A program made the position numbers and the translations under genes. The notes beneath the pieces were generated by a model. It saw only the letters and a program-made list of their open reading frames with translations. It ran no database searches and was not told where the DNA came from. 64,000 bases of DNA from the human T2T-CHM13v2.0 reference genome, Homo sapiens, in the NCBI RefSeq assembly GCF_009914755.1, contig NC_060929.1. One strand, written 5' to 3'. Shown piece by piece: positions 1 through 13,077 of the stretch (positions are counted from its first letter, which is position 1; the number at the start of each line of letters is the position of its first letter).

Positions 1-389
1 GTACCTGTCCATGTGACCTTATCTGAAAATAGGACCTTTGCAGATATAATCAATTTACAGTGTATTCACTGGGCCCTAATCCAACATAACTGGTGTCCTT
101 ATAAGAAGACGACGTAAAAGACAGGCACTCAGGGAGAATGCCATGTGACCACAGGAGCAAAGGCTGAAGTAATACAGCTACAAACCCAGGAGCTGCAAGT
201 ACCCATGGTCACCCCTGGAAGCTAGGAAGATACAAGGAAGGATTCTACCCAGAGTTTCAGAAGGAACATGGCTCTGCCGACTTCTTCACTTTGGACTCTG
301 GTTTCCAGAACTGTGAGAGAATAAATTTCTATTGTTTTAATCACCCAGTTTGTGGTATTTTGTTATTGCAACCCTAGGAAACTAATACA
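1..389 (+). mobile_element. MLT1B/C-type ERVL-MaLR LTR (cut by window edge)
   Basis: Typical MLT1 3' end: ccagaactgtgagagaataaatttctattgtttt...ctaggaaactaataca. Confidence 0.85.
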
Positions 390-469
390 TGTCCCCTCCA
401 CAACCAGACTCGTTTCTTCTTCTTTCTTCCTCCACCAGCCTTAGATTGTAACTCTTACAATTACTGTAA

Positions 470-610
470 GAGTGGTTCCTGAATTTTAATACACACACAT
501 CACCTGGGGATCTTGCTAACAAGCACATTCTGATTTGGTAGTTATGGACGGGGTCTGAGAGTCTGTTCCCAGGTGATGCTGGACCAAGGACCAAGCTTGG
601 AGAAGCAAGG
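470..610. mobile_element. MER5-type hAT-Charlie relic
   Basis: agtggttc...atcacctgggga...cccaggtgatgctg motifs of MER5. Confidence 0.65.
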
Positions 611-628
611 CTATAAAAAAGTCAACCA

Positions 629-915
629 GGCCCAGTGCGGGAGCTCACACCTGCAATCCCAGCACTTTGGGAGGCTGAGGCGGGTGGATCACTTGAGGTC
701 AAGAGTTTGAGACAAGCCTGGCGAACATGATGAAACCCCGACTCTACTAAAAATACAAAAATTAGCTGCGCGTCCCAGCTACTTGAGAGGCTGAGGCAGG
801 AGAATCACTTGAATCTGGGAAGGGAGGCGGAGGTTGCAGTGAGCCGAGATCATGCCACTGCACTCCAGCCTGGGCGACAGAGCGAGACTCCGTCTCAAAA
901 AAAAAATAAATAAAT
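629..915 (+). mobile_element. AluS
   Basis: Dimeric Alu with A-tail and a small deletion after the linker. Confidence 0.95.
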
Positions 916-951
916 AAAACTAAATTAAATTTTAAAAATTAGCTGGGCGTT

Positions 952-1250
952 GGCCGGGCACAGTGGCTCATGCCTGTAATCCCAGAACTTTGGGAAGCTG
1001 AGGCAGGCAGATCATGAGGTCAGGAGTTCAAGACCTGCCTGGCCAACATAGTGAAACCCCGTCTCTACTAAAAGTACAAAACTTAGCAGGGCATGGTGCC
1101 TGTAGTCCCGGCTACTCGGGGGGCTGAGGGAAGAGAATCTCTTAATCCAGGAGGCGGAGGTTGTGGTGAGCCAAGATCACACCACTGCCCTCCAGCCTGG
1201 GCAACAGAGCGAGACTCCGTCTCAAAAAATAAAAATAAAAATAAAAATAA
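952..1250 (+). mobile_element. AluS inserted into an Alu right-arm fragment (about 936-950 + 1251-1354)
   Basis: Full Alu flanked by duplicated AAATTAGCTGGGC; host right arm resumes at 1251. Confidence 0.9.
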
Positions 1251-1483
1251 ATTAGCTGGGCATGGTGGTGTGCGCCTGCAATCCCAGCTACTCTAGAGAC
1301 TGAGACAAGAGAATCACTTGAACCTGGGAGGTGGAGGTTGCAGTGAGCCGAGATGTCTTTGTCAGGCATGTTTCAGATCTAGGATTTTTGGCTTTTTGCC
1401 ACAATGCTAGCAGAGATTAAATGGAAAAACCCAGTGGAACGAAAAGAAGTATTCATGGAACTTGTGTCTTGTGCCTCTCCCCT

Positions 1484-1564
1484 AAAGAAGAAAGAAGAAT
1501 GAGGAGGAGGAGGAGGAGGAGGAGAAGGGGGAGGGGGAGGGGGAGGGAAGGAAAAGAAAAGAAG
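1484..1564 (+). repeat. Purine-rich (GGA)n/(GGGGGA)n low-complexity tract
   Basis: Almost pure purine run read directly. Confidence 0.9.
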
Positions 1565-1595
1565 TAAACAAAATATCCAAGGGGAAAACAATTAC

Positions 1596-1733
1596 TTTTC
1601 TTTCTTTCTTTTAGAGACAGTGTCTTGCTATGTTGCCCAGGCTGGTCTTGAACACCTGGGCTCAAGCAATCCTCTCTCCCGCCTTGGCCTTCCAAAGTGT
1701 TGGGATTGCAGGCATGAGCCACCACACCTGACC
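1596..1733 (-). mobile_element. FLAM-type Alu monomer
   Basis: Single left-arm Alu, T-rich tail on + strand. Confidence 0.85.
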
Positions 1734-2110
1734 TAAAAATTTCAAAATACACTTGAAGATTATTGTCCAATCAACTCCCTCTCCCCACCTGCACAAAAGA
1801 TTTAGAATACAAATATTTCAACCTTGTTTTCTAAATAAGTGAATTTATGAATATAATAGTGAGCTGATATTTTATGTGGTCACTTTTTTCTCTTTTTCCT
1901 TTTATCTCATCAAATTCCTTTTTAGCATAATTTTATTTTTAAAATGGTGATTTCCAAATGAAACACTGCAGACTGAGAGATGAATGAGCACCATAATGGA
2001 ACAATATAGGCCAACTACCCTGGAGTTACTGATGTTACTACTTGGGAATAGTGGTGACTTTGAAAAAGTTCAAAGACTAACTTTGAAAGCATTTCAAAAT
2101 GCCTATTTTT

Positions 2111-2402
2111 GGCTGGGTGTCGTGGCTCATGCCTGTAATTCCAGTACTTTAAGAGGTCTAGGTAGGCGGATCACTTGAGCTCAGAAATTTGAGACCAGCC
2201 TGGGGAGCATGGAAAAACCCCATCTCTACAAGAAATACAAAAATTAGCCAGGTGTGGCACACGCCTGTAGCCCCAGCTACTTGGGAGGCTGAGGTGGGAG
2301 GATCACCTGACCCTTGGGAGACTGAGGCTGCAGCAAGCAGTGATCATGCCACTGCACTTCAGCCTGGGCAGCAGGGTAAGACCATGTCAAAAAAGAAAAA
2401 AA
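2111..2402 (+). mobile_element. AluJ
   Basis: Diverged dimer; TSD AAAATGCCTATTT on both sides. Confidence 0.9.
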
Positions 2403-2587
2403 TGCCTATTTGGGGGGCTTCACTTTCAGAGATAGTGTCTTTAAGCCTGAGGGCTGGTCAAGGAATTAAGAGTTTTTCTATAACTCTTTGGGTAATTCTG
2501 ACACAAAGTCAGATTGGAAAAATATTACTCTGAAATAAAGAAAATTTATAGAAACTTGATTTTATTTTATAAACAAAGTTCTAATTA

Positions 2588-3070
<483 letters not shown>

Positions 3071-3243
3071 ATTTGTCTATATAAATATACAGTTAAAGCA
3101 AACAATATAATATATAAAACCAAATTTGGAAATATTTTTTCCTTCCATCAAAACTTAAACATCAATTTTAGAACACAGTGTTCTATATCGTAAGGAGTCC
3201 TAGAGTCTACCCAGTATAATGTCTCACATCCTCGCCCTCTTGC

Positions 3244-3458
3244 TATAGTTGTCAAACCTAAATGTACCTAAGAATCACTGATAGGTAGTTGGTTAATACG
3301 ATGGATTATTTCTAGGCCCCGACCTCAGACAGGTGCCTCCATGCCCCCACCCAGCCAGGACATTCTGAGTCTGTAATTTGAAGTGAGCTTCAAGAATCTG
3401 CATTTTTACCGCGGCGCTTTTGATGCAGGCGGTCCACGGTAAAGTTAGAGAAATGCTG
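3244..3458. mobile_element. MER5B-like hAT-Charlie relic
   Basis: aagaatcact...aagaatctgcatttt...gatgcaggcggtcc...gagaaatgctg. Confidence 0.55.
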
Positions 3459-3569
3459 CCCTGCTGCTGCGCTGCAGATTGAACTCTGGGGAAGAAGAAA
3501 TGAGCACGACCGGGAGCGGTCCATCTAAACCGGTCCATTTAGATGGACAGGTTTTAGCAGTCCATCTAA

Positions 3570-3889
<320 letters not shown>

Positions 3890-4279
3890 TGTCTCAGGAA
3901 CTTTCAAAGGGGAGTGGCAGACAGAAAATGAGCACGGTATCTAATCAGCAAGTAGGATTGCAAATAAGAACGCCTTTATGAAGGCCCCAGTTTTTACAGT
4001 AAGTCCCTCACTGCCCGCACACAACGATGCCAAGTTCCAACCTGATTTGCGTCACCACAGTTGTGGGTTTGCGCCAAGGTTAGTTATCAAGCGTAGTGAG
4101 AGGATAAATTCACAAAATGAGGGACAAAAATAAGACGAGAGCTGGGTACAACGGAAGTGAAACCTGGGTGGAGGTCATCTCCAAATCACAGTGGAAGGAC
4201 GATGTCAGGGATTTGTCCCAACACTCTTTTGATGAAAGAATTTGATTAGTGGACTATTGCACTCTTAAAGGCAAAGAAA

Positions 4280-4750
4280 ACAAAGCACGGCAGTGCCCCG
4301 CTCGGTCGGGATTCAAAAGCAATGAAAGCTGCCTTGCTCTGTTTAAAGCGACAGGACTGCTCTGCTATTCAGGAAAGACTAAGGAGGCAGCGGTATCTGC
4401 GAAGTCCTGCGAGCTCCCGGCGACAGGAGTAGCGCGAGCAGCTGACGGGGGAAATCCACTGGCAGCGAGTCGGATGAGTCAGCGCTGAGTCACGCTCGGC
4501 GCTACGTGCCGGCCTGGGCGGCCGCAGCCCGGGGCCCGCAGCCGCGGAGTCAGCAGAGATCCGCCGCTTCCTGGAAGACCCTCCCTGCGCCTGAGGGAGG
4601 GGGCGGCGTCGCCTCCTCGCGCTGCCAAGGCCCCCTGCAGTCACACACTCGCCCGCACGCACGACCTCCTCGCTCCATCCTGGGGACATCCAGGATTCAC
4701 CCCCGAGGGGAAGAGTCCCATGTGACAAATGGTTAGAGCTTGGGCGGATG
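4280..4750 (+). promoter_or_regulatory. Small CpG island, probable promoter and non-coding first exon
   Basis: Only GC- and CpG-rich non-repeat stretch in the window; GC box near 4600; GC content drops after a weak donor ATG|GTTAGA at 4731/4732. Orientation is inferred. Confidence 0.75.
4474..4493. promoter_or_regulatory. Two back-to-back AP-1/ARE (MARE) motifs
   Basis: ATGAGTCAGC GCTGAGTCAC; TGAGTCA at 4475-4481 and 4486-4492, each followed by GC on its own strand. Confidence 0.7.
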
Positions 4751-5889
4751 CTTTCATCCCATGTGTTTCCTCAAAGCTGAGATTCCAGCGCTCTTGCTCT
4801 TTTCGTGTTGTTGTTAGGTTTTTAACTTTTTTTTCCCGTTTCCTGGCAGAGGATTAACACGCTGATCTTTTTATAGTTTCCAATATTTTAAATGAAGCAC
4901 AAGAAGAATGGATTAATAAAACGTGTTGAAACTTAAGCATCAAATCGTCACACTGCTCTGGGTTCTAAAATGACTAGAAAGTGACTGCACTAGAAGCTTT
5001 AAATGTTGGGTAACTGGGAAGGATTAACTCGGTTCTGATGTGCCCTTTGTTAATGAAAATCAAATCTTTGCTATTTGTCCAACCACCCTTATAATAACTA
5101 AATTTGTCTAAAGACTGGAGACATGTGTGGTAATAATTAGATATGGAGTCACCAAAGAACAGGGTAGCCATGCCTTTGTGTTTTCTGTGCCTTAACTAAC
5201 ATTCTGTTGTCCTAATGTGCAAATGATACATTGTTGGTTTTAAAAAATATTATGGCAATGTTTATATCCATGCTGAGAGTTAATAGCAGGTATTGTGTCA
5301 TGAAGTGCAGCTAGTCAGTGAGATAGTCCTGATACAGGTGGGGTAATTATTATTTAGGGACAATTTGCGGCTGTTTTTCAAGACAGACTGGGTCTTTAGA
5401 AGTTGTGCCAGCTGTTACCGGTGGTTCTGCTTCATTGGGAGAATTATTTCCCTCCTTATCCCTGTGTACGTGTGAAATGATGCAAAACAATAGAGTGTTC
5501 GTGTAGTTTGACTGCTTTTCTTGCAGGCAAGGAGACTGAAGTAATTAGAGGTTGAACTGACTCACCAAGGTTACTGGAGAAGCATGACTACCCAATTTTG
5601 TAAAGGAGAGAAAAGCCCCAAACAAATACAAATAGGAAACATGAAAATACGAGAGAGGATCAGAGCCCAAGAAAGCAAAATGAGTAATATGGACCAGAAA
5701 TGGAATCTCATATACTTGAACTAGTTGTAATGGGAGGTATACTTAATGCGCTAGCCTTAAAAAAAAAGTCAAATTATTGCATAAAAATTTAAGATTTTAA
5801 GTAATTACATACATCATTTGATGTTTTAAAAACTGTGCCTGATTCTGATTCATTATTCTTAGCATATCCATATGGATATTGCCTTGGCA

Positions 5890-6100
5890 TTTACCAAGTC
5901 AGACTTCAGTTCAAAAACCCAAGTTCATCTTATGACGGTGTGAACTTGGACTTGATACTTAGCTTCTCTAAGCCTATAATGGAGATTATAATCACCATTT
6001 CACCTGTTTGCAAAGCAGGCAGGATTAAATGAGATGATGCCTATAAAAGGTTTAGCACATTTCCATGCAAAAAATTTCTCAGTAAACGAAGCTTGTATTG
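5890..6100 (+). mobile_element. MIR
   Basis: gtgaacttgg...ttctctaagcct...aggattaaatgagatgatg...ttagcaca core. Confidence 0.7.
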
Positions 6101-6231
6101 TGTTATCAGTATTATTGAACTTGACTAAACTATTGATCAGATCACAAAGAGGTAGTACAGGTACTTTGTCCAGATCCTAGAACTAATAAAAGCTTTGGGA
6201 ATGTACATCACAAACGTAGTGGTTCAGTGAC

Positions 6232-6624
6232 TGATATGGTTTGGCTCTGTGTCCCCACCCAAATCTCATCTCGATTTGTAATCCCCACGTGTCAAGGGAG
6301 GGACCTGTAATCCCCATGTATCGAGGGAGGGAGGTGATTGGACAATGGAGTCAGTTTCCCCCATGCTGTTCTCGTGATAGTGAGTTCTCATGAGATCTGA
6401 TGGTTTTATAAGTGTTTGGTAGCCCCTCCTTCATTCTTCTCTTTCGTTCCACTTTCTGAAAAAGGTCCTCGCTTCCCCTTCACTTTCTGCCATGATTGTA
6501 AGTTTCCTGAGGCCCCCCACCCAGCCATGTGAAACTGTGAGTCAATTAAACCTCTTTTTTTTCTTATAAATTACTCAGTCTCAAGTATTTCTTTATATAT
6601 AGAGTGTGAAAACAGACTAATACA
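6232..6624 (+). mobile_element. THE1D-type solo LTR (ERVL-MaLR)
   Basis: tgatatggtttggctctgtgtcccc...gactaataca; 5-bp TSD GTGAC. Confidence 0.9.
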
Positions 6625-7037
6625 GTGACCTTGGGCAAGATCCTTAGACAAGAGTCTAAAACACCTGAGCAAGTACTTAATGTTCTTTGATTATGAGTGG
6701 AGAGATGAAAGAAATAAAGGAAATCTAAATAAAAGGAATGCCCTACAATCATCAGTTGGCCAGAAAAGTGGTAGGTGATGCAAAACAACCAGGCAAGAAC
6801 CCTTTTCTCCCATCCTCGGAGAGAGCTCCTTGACAAAGTACCATAGCAGTCACTGGGCAGAGAGGATATACTATTGTACTATTGCCCCTTTGCCATACAG
6901 GAATGCATTATTTAGCTGAGACAGAAATTTGGTTCTGTCCAGATATAAGGCTGATGAGCTTAGCTGTTGATAGAAGTTAGTGACCAATCTCCCATCAACT
7001 TCCCCAAGCAGCTCATAAGAGATAAGTCACTAAGTCA

Positions 7038-7339
<302 letters not shown>

Positions 7340-7367
7340 TAATAAGTCACTTTCTTGAAATAGTATT

Positions 7368-8157
7368 TGTCTTACTCAGCTTGGGCTGCCATAACAAAGT
7401 ACCACAGACTGTGTGGCTTAAGCAATAGAGATATACTTCTCACAGTTCTGGAGATTGGAAAGATCAGGGTGCCAGCAAGGAAGGTTTCATTCTAAAGCCT
7501 CTTCTCTTCGCTTGCAGGTGGATGCTCAAATGATCTCTTCTTTGTGTACACACAGGGTGGTGAGGAGAGAGAGAAGGGGCGGGTTTTAGGCTTCAATATA
7601 TGACTTTTGACGGTGTTAAAAGACAAAATTAAAACAAATTTAAAGATCAAACTGGCTTTTATTTGGGATTCTAGAATCAGGCAGCATTTTATTCTATAAA
7701 ATAATGAGTGCTCTACTGGGTTTAGCAAAACAGTTACTTTTTTGTTTTTTGCTTTTTTTGAGAAAGGGTCTCACTCTGTTGTCCAGGCTGGAGTACAGTG
7801 GCATGATCAGCACTCATTGCAACAGTTAGTTTTTATATGAGAACAAGGAAACAAATATAGAAAAAAGCAGAATGGTTAACATCAGGTTACTTCAGGTTAC
7901 TTTTCTTATAAGGTTTAAAGCAGAAGGACTTCCTTATTAGGGTGACTCAAGTTGACTGGGTCTTTTCCAAGTGATGGCTGTGAGTGAACCTCTTGTTTTC
8001 AAGAAAAACTGGTGTGTTTGGGGATTTATCTGCTTCCTTAAGGTTTTAGCTTGATTATGTGGTTTGGTCTATTGGGCCCTACTATGGGACCTCAGTCCAA
8101 AATAATGGCTTCCCATAAATTTTATTTACCAGGAGGGACATGACTCAGGACACAGCA
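7368..8157 (-). mobile_element. MLT1A-type LTR, interrupted at 7614-8131
   Basis: gggctgccataacaaagtaccacagactg...ctcacagttctggag; resumes with ggagggacatgactcag after the insert. Confidence 0.75.
7614..8131 (-). mobile_element. MER67-like ERV1 LTR containing a short Alu 3' fragment (about 7738-7820)
   Basis: tgttaaaagacaaaatt...ctcagtccaaaataatggc...ttttatttacca; Alu piece flanked by AACAGTTA. Confidence 0.65.
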
Positions 8158-8235
8158 ATTTCTTTTTATTCTTTCTCTTATTTTTTTCTCTCTTTTCTTT
8201 TTCATTCTCTAATGTGCTTCAAAGAAAGGGATTTC

Positions 8236-8430
8236 AGCTACCACGGTGGCTCATGCCTGTAATCCTAACACTTTGGAAGGCCAGGGCAGGAGAATCTCCT
8301 GGGGCCAGGAGGTTGAGGCTGTAGTGAGCTATGATAGCACCACAGCACACCAGCCTGGATGACAGAGTAAGACCCTGACTCAAAACAAGACAAAACAAAA
8401 CAAAACAATACCAAAAACCCCAAAAAACAG
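8236..8430 (+). mobile_element. FAM/FRAM-like Alu monomer
   Basis: Single arm with (CAAAA)n tail. Confidence 0.8.
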
Positions 8431-8707
8431 AGAAAGATATTTGTTTCAAAATTACCCCCCACCAAAAGAACACAACTCCTTTGTAAATGAAACAACAGAC
8501 TCCATACATGATGATGGTTCCATAAGATTATGATGCAGCTGAAAATTTTTTAGTGACATCATAGTCATTGTAAGGTTGTAGCACAATGTGTTACCTTTTC
8601 TATGTTTAGATATGTTTAGAGATACAAACACAACTGTGTTACAATTGCCTATAGTATTCAGTACAGTAACATGCTGTATAGCTTTGTAGCCTAGGAGCAA
8701 TAGGCTA

Positions 8708-9639
8708 TGTAAACCAAAAAGTGAGACAAATCTCATCAATTTAGAGGCTTATTTTACTCAGACTGAGGACACACCAGGAAAAAGAGACACAAGTTACACT
8801 AGAATCTGTGGACTGTGTTTTTTCCAAAGAGTCTTTAGGACTTCAGTTTTTAAAGGAGAAAGAGCAGGCAGGTGGGGAAAGAGCAACAGTCAATTATACA
8901 TTCCTCTCACAAAGTAAATCTGCATTTTATGTAGTATAAACATAGAGTAGAGAAAGAAATTGTATTAGTCCGTTTTCACGCTGCTGATAAAGACATACCT
9001 GAGACTGGGTAATTTATACAGGAAAAAGAGTTTAATGGACTTACAGTTCCACAATGGCTGGAGAAGCCTCACAATCATAGCGGAAGGAAAGGAGGAGCAA
9101 GTCATGTCTTACATGGATGGCAGCAGGCATAAAAAGGAGCTTTTGCAGGGAAATTCCCTCTTCTAAAACTGTCAGATCTCATGAGACTTATTCACTATCA
9201 CGAGAACAGCATGGGAAAGACCCGCCCTCAGGATTCAATTACCTCCTACAGGGCCCTTCCCAGAACAGGTAGGAATTCATGATGAAATTTGGGTGGGGAC
9301 ACAGACCATATCAGAAGTCAAACATGAATATTTCTCAGGGTGGGCAGAGGGATGATTTCTAATCTTGTATTTGTCCAGTACCTGTGAAGGTAAACTGTTA
9401 ATTTACGTTATCAGGATGTGATTCCACAGAACTCTGTTTTAGGATAAAGACTTGGGCCCACAAAGAATTTCATTGTGAGCAGTTTGTGAGGGAGGCCACG
9501 TGGGGAGCTATGTGGCCCTCTGTGCTGCAGCTGTTTAGGAGCAAAAGGAAGGCAGTTTTTGCATGACTTCTTTCCCAAGCTTAACTTCTCCCTTTGGCAT
9601 AGTGAGTTTAGTATTCCAAGATTTTATTTTCCTTTCACA
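8708..9639 (-). mobile_element. MER4-group ERV1 solo LTR
   Basis: tgtaaaccaaaaag...ttttattttcctttcaca; 4-bp TSD GCTA. Confidence 0.8.
8961..9313 (-). mobile_element. THE1B-type solo LTR nested in the MER4 LTR
   Basis: tgtattagtccgttttcacgctgctgataaagac...accatatca; TSD GAAAT/GAAGT. Confidence 0.9.
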
Positions 9640-9929
9640 GCTATACTATATAGCCTAGGTGTATAGTAGGCTATACCATCTAGGTCTGTGTACTCTGTGG
9701 TGTTCACACAATGATGAAATCACCTATGGATTTGTTTCTCAGAATGTATCTCCATCATTAAGCAATGCATGACTGTATTGACAGACTCAGAATTATTTCC
9801 TTTAATAAATTCATTCAGTAATCTCTGCAATTTTCAGTACTAAATCGTGGGACGCTTAACGGTGACTATCTTTACCTCTGTACTTTTGCACTAGTTCAAG
9901 GCACATGATGACTTCCCTTCTCCTGTCTC

Positions 9930-10262
9930 TGTATTCAAATCCAACTCAGCCTTAATGCACAGATAAAACTCCTATTTTCTCTTTGAAGACTGATCACTAA
10001 CACCTCAAGCCAAATGGATCTCACCCTCTGCAGGACCTTGTGGCATACATTGCTGTTCATGTCTTATCCTTTTGACATTTGAACTTCAGCCATGTCAAGT
10101 GGCTATGTCAGTGGTTTACATGTCTCATAAGTGTCTATATAAATGTCTCTCCAACTAAACTGTAAGCACTCTTGAGACAAGAGACAAATTCTTACATGCA
10201 TGTTATAGCATCCACAATAGGTAGCAACATTCTCTGAACATTGGCGCTCAATAAATAGCAAT
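9930..10262 (+). mobile_element. L2 3' end
   Basis: actgtaagcactcttgag...gcgctcaataaatag terminal motif. Confidence 0.55.
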
Positions 10263-10589
10263 GCAATCTTTGGCATTTTTAGATGGATACAGAAACTTTG
10301 TGATTATGAAGTTTAATATTTCATATATTTAGCAAGTAGGAGAACAGATCACAAAGAGACCTATTCCAGATCGTAGAGCTCATAAAAGCTTTGGGAATGT
10401 TCATCACAAGCATTGCTAATTCAGTGACCGTGGGCAAGATCCTTAGCTGCTCGGGCTCCGTTTTTCCTTTTGAAAAGTAACAGGAGTCGGTGCAGGGAGG
10501 GGTAGGGACACACGAACACACACACAAAGAAAAGTAAAAGAGTTTATACTTTGTGATCCCAAAAGTTCTTCCCAGATTTTTTTTTAAAA

Positions 10590-10960
10590 ACACAGCTTAA
10601 TGAATACTGTTATGAGCCAGATAGATACTAAACACTTTGTCAACATTTTAAAATTTGATCCTTGGAAATACAGCTTTGTGAGGTGAGGTGGTATCATTCC
10701 TATTTTCACAGATAAAGTAACTGAGAAATAAGAAGTTTAAGTAACTTTCCCAAGGACACTCAACTAATAAGCAGCAGAAAAGAACTGGATTGGAATCCAG
10801 GCCCGTCCAACTGCAAAGCTTGAGATCTTATACTATTCTGCTTCATTTCTGCACTCTTCATTTTTATAGAGAGACTATAACTGAGAAAAGTTAAATATTT
10901 CACCAAGAATTTCACATCTAGGAATTGGTAGAGGTAGGACTGGATTCCAAGACTACCTCT
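10590..10960 (-). mobile_element. Two MIR fragments
   Basis: attttcacagataaagtaactgag...aagtaactttcccaaggacac, then a similar core repeated. Confidence 0.65.
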
Positions 10961-11135
10961 CTTTCCCTTATCATATGCTTCAGGTATCTATTTTATCAAC
11001 AAAAATTCAGAAGGGGATTGTTTTAGTTGATTTCAGTGAGTTAATTCGTATTGAGTATAATTCAACAGTGAATGTAGTTGATTGTGTTTGTTGAATAAAT
11101 AAATGAGTTTATTTTCTAGTTTAGAAAACTTTTCT

Positions 11136-11465
11136 GTCTGGGCACAGTGGCTCATGCCTGCAATACCAGCACTATGGGAGGCTGACGTGGAAGAATTGCT
11201 TAAGACCAGGAGTTGGAGGCCAGCCTGGGCAATATGGCAAAACCCCATCTCTACAAAAAATACAAAAATTAGCCAGGTATGGTGGTGCATGCCTACAGTA
11301 GTTCCAGCTACTCAGGAAGCTGAGGAGCAAGGATGGCTTGAGCTCAGTAGGGAGGCTACAGTGAGCCATAAATGTACCTGGGCAACAGAGCACTCCAGCC
11401 TGGGCAACAGAGTGAGACCCTGTATTTAAAAAAAGAAGAAGAAAGAAAAAGAAAAAAAAGAAAAA
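11136..11465 (+). mobile_element. AluJ
   Basis: Diverged dimer with A-rich tail. Confidence 0.9.
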
Positions 11466-12781
11466 TTTTCTGACGTACCTCTGTGCTTCACCAGTTCTAA
11501 GCAAAAGTGGGTGAGAAGGTTGTTAGGGATTTCAATAACGTAAATGTAGGAACACACCAGGGTGTGAGGGGTGGCAATCACTATAATATATGAACCAGCC
11601 TTTATAGGGATGTTATTGAGAAAAGTAGAAGAATATAAAATATATTCCCTTTTAATCAAATCCAAAAGAAATAATGACACAATTCACATCATCGCTATCT
11701 CCAAGGAAGAATAAACATATCTCCCTATCTTGAGTTCAGATTACAATTTGAATCTCCACAGTACCCAGTTTTCCTCAGGGAAGAATCTCTGAAGGTATAG
11801 CCCATGAACTACGTAAAATAATTGCCACAGCCTCCTGCCTACAGAAGTTTGTTTTCTACTTTAAGGAACAAAGTCAAGAGAGAAATTCTAGGGCACTTGA
11901 GGCAATCTTTGCCTATGTTCTTTCCTTGAATAAGCCCCAGAAATGTCCTTGCGGGGTACCTTGTGGAGCCAGGCAGGCCTTGACCCATTAGGTGATGAGA
12001 GCCTACCTGAGAGCCCTCTGTGGAAAAGAAAAAATATGGAAGGCCAGGATCTGCACTGGAAGGATGATGACAATGATGACCTCATTATTTGCCCCCAACC
12101 AAGATATTCTTAGATCTACTCTGGGATTTTCTACAGCCAGACCAGAGCATAAAGTTGGCATTCATCCCAGCAGATGAAAACTTAAGCAATTCCTCAGCAT
12201 TTCCATGGACCCTGAGGAAACAAGTAATAGAAAAAAAAAGGCCAGACTCTTTCCCATGGCTTCAAATATCAGAGTTGCCTTAAAGTGATTATTTACAACC
12301 ATGTATGTGTTTATTCCACGAGTGTGCATAATATATGCTTTTGTTAAATGTGATGGGGAGAATGATTCACTAACATTTCTAGATAAGTTTTGAAGAATAC
12401 AGGAATTTTGGATACTCTTAATGCCATATGTACTTGCCAAGGAACATTTCTTCTTATTATATTAATAACTGTAAGAAAACACAGTATGCTTATTAATACT
12501 TGCCAAATGTTGATGTACAAACAGCTTTTCTTTTCAACAAGATAATCAGATTACGTAAAAGATCTGTGTGAACCAGGGCAGGCCTAATTCAGCTGACATT
12601 TAGCCATGTGCATCTGTCCTTTTTCATCTGGCTAAGCCTGCGCCTGCCTCTAAACTGCATGCCTTGTAGGAGAGAACCTCCTTTCTAATGGAAAAGGAGG
12701 ATCTTTGTTTCAGGACCCAGGAATGAAAGACTCAGAGACCCAAATGAATTAAAGACCTATCTGGAATAAAATCTAGGAGTT

Positions 12782-13077
12782 ACCAGCGATGGTGGAAAGC
12801 ACCTGTAGTCTCATCTACTTGAGAGACTGAGGTTGGAGGATCACTTGGGTCCAGTTCTGGCCTGTAATGCCTTATGTATGCCCATCAGTGTCGATACTGG
12901 AGCTGGGCCTACCAAGTGGCCTAAGGAGAAATGAACCCACCCAGATTGGAAACAGCAGGTAAAAAGTCCCACGCTGATTAGAAGTGGGATCATGCCTGTG
13001 AGTAACCACTGCACTCTAGCCTAAGCAACATAGGGAGACCATCTCTACAAAATAAAACATAAAAATAAAAATAAAAA
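12782..13077 (+). pseudogene. Processed 7SL (SRP RNA) retrocopy with internal deletion
   Basis: Alu domain plus S-domain remnants gcctaaggag..tgaacc..ccag..ggaaacagcaggt.aaaa.tccc..gctgat; A-tail; degenerate TSD aataaaatctaggagt/aataaaaattcagaagt. Confidence 0.9.

Larger units (their letters stand above)
8490..9775 (+). mobile_element. Tigger3a (MER7A) TcMar relic, split by an LTR
   Basis: ccataagattat...cagtacagtaacatgctg...taggctataccatctagg...gcatgactg followed by TA. Confidence 0.85.

Noticed and set aside
1379-1770. Poly-Pro and poly-Leu ORFs
   Set aside because: Products of the (GGA)n tract and a FLAM
4447-4458. NF-kB-like GGGAAATCCA
   Set aside because: Misses the consensus at one position; too weak to call
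4249-4736. ORFs across the CpG island
   Set aside because: High GC depletes stop codons; no recognisable protein
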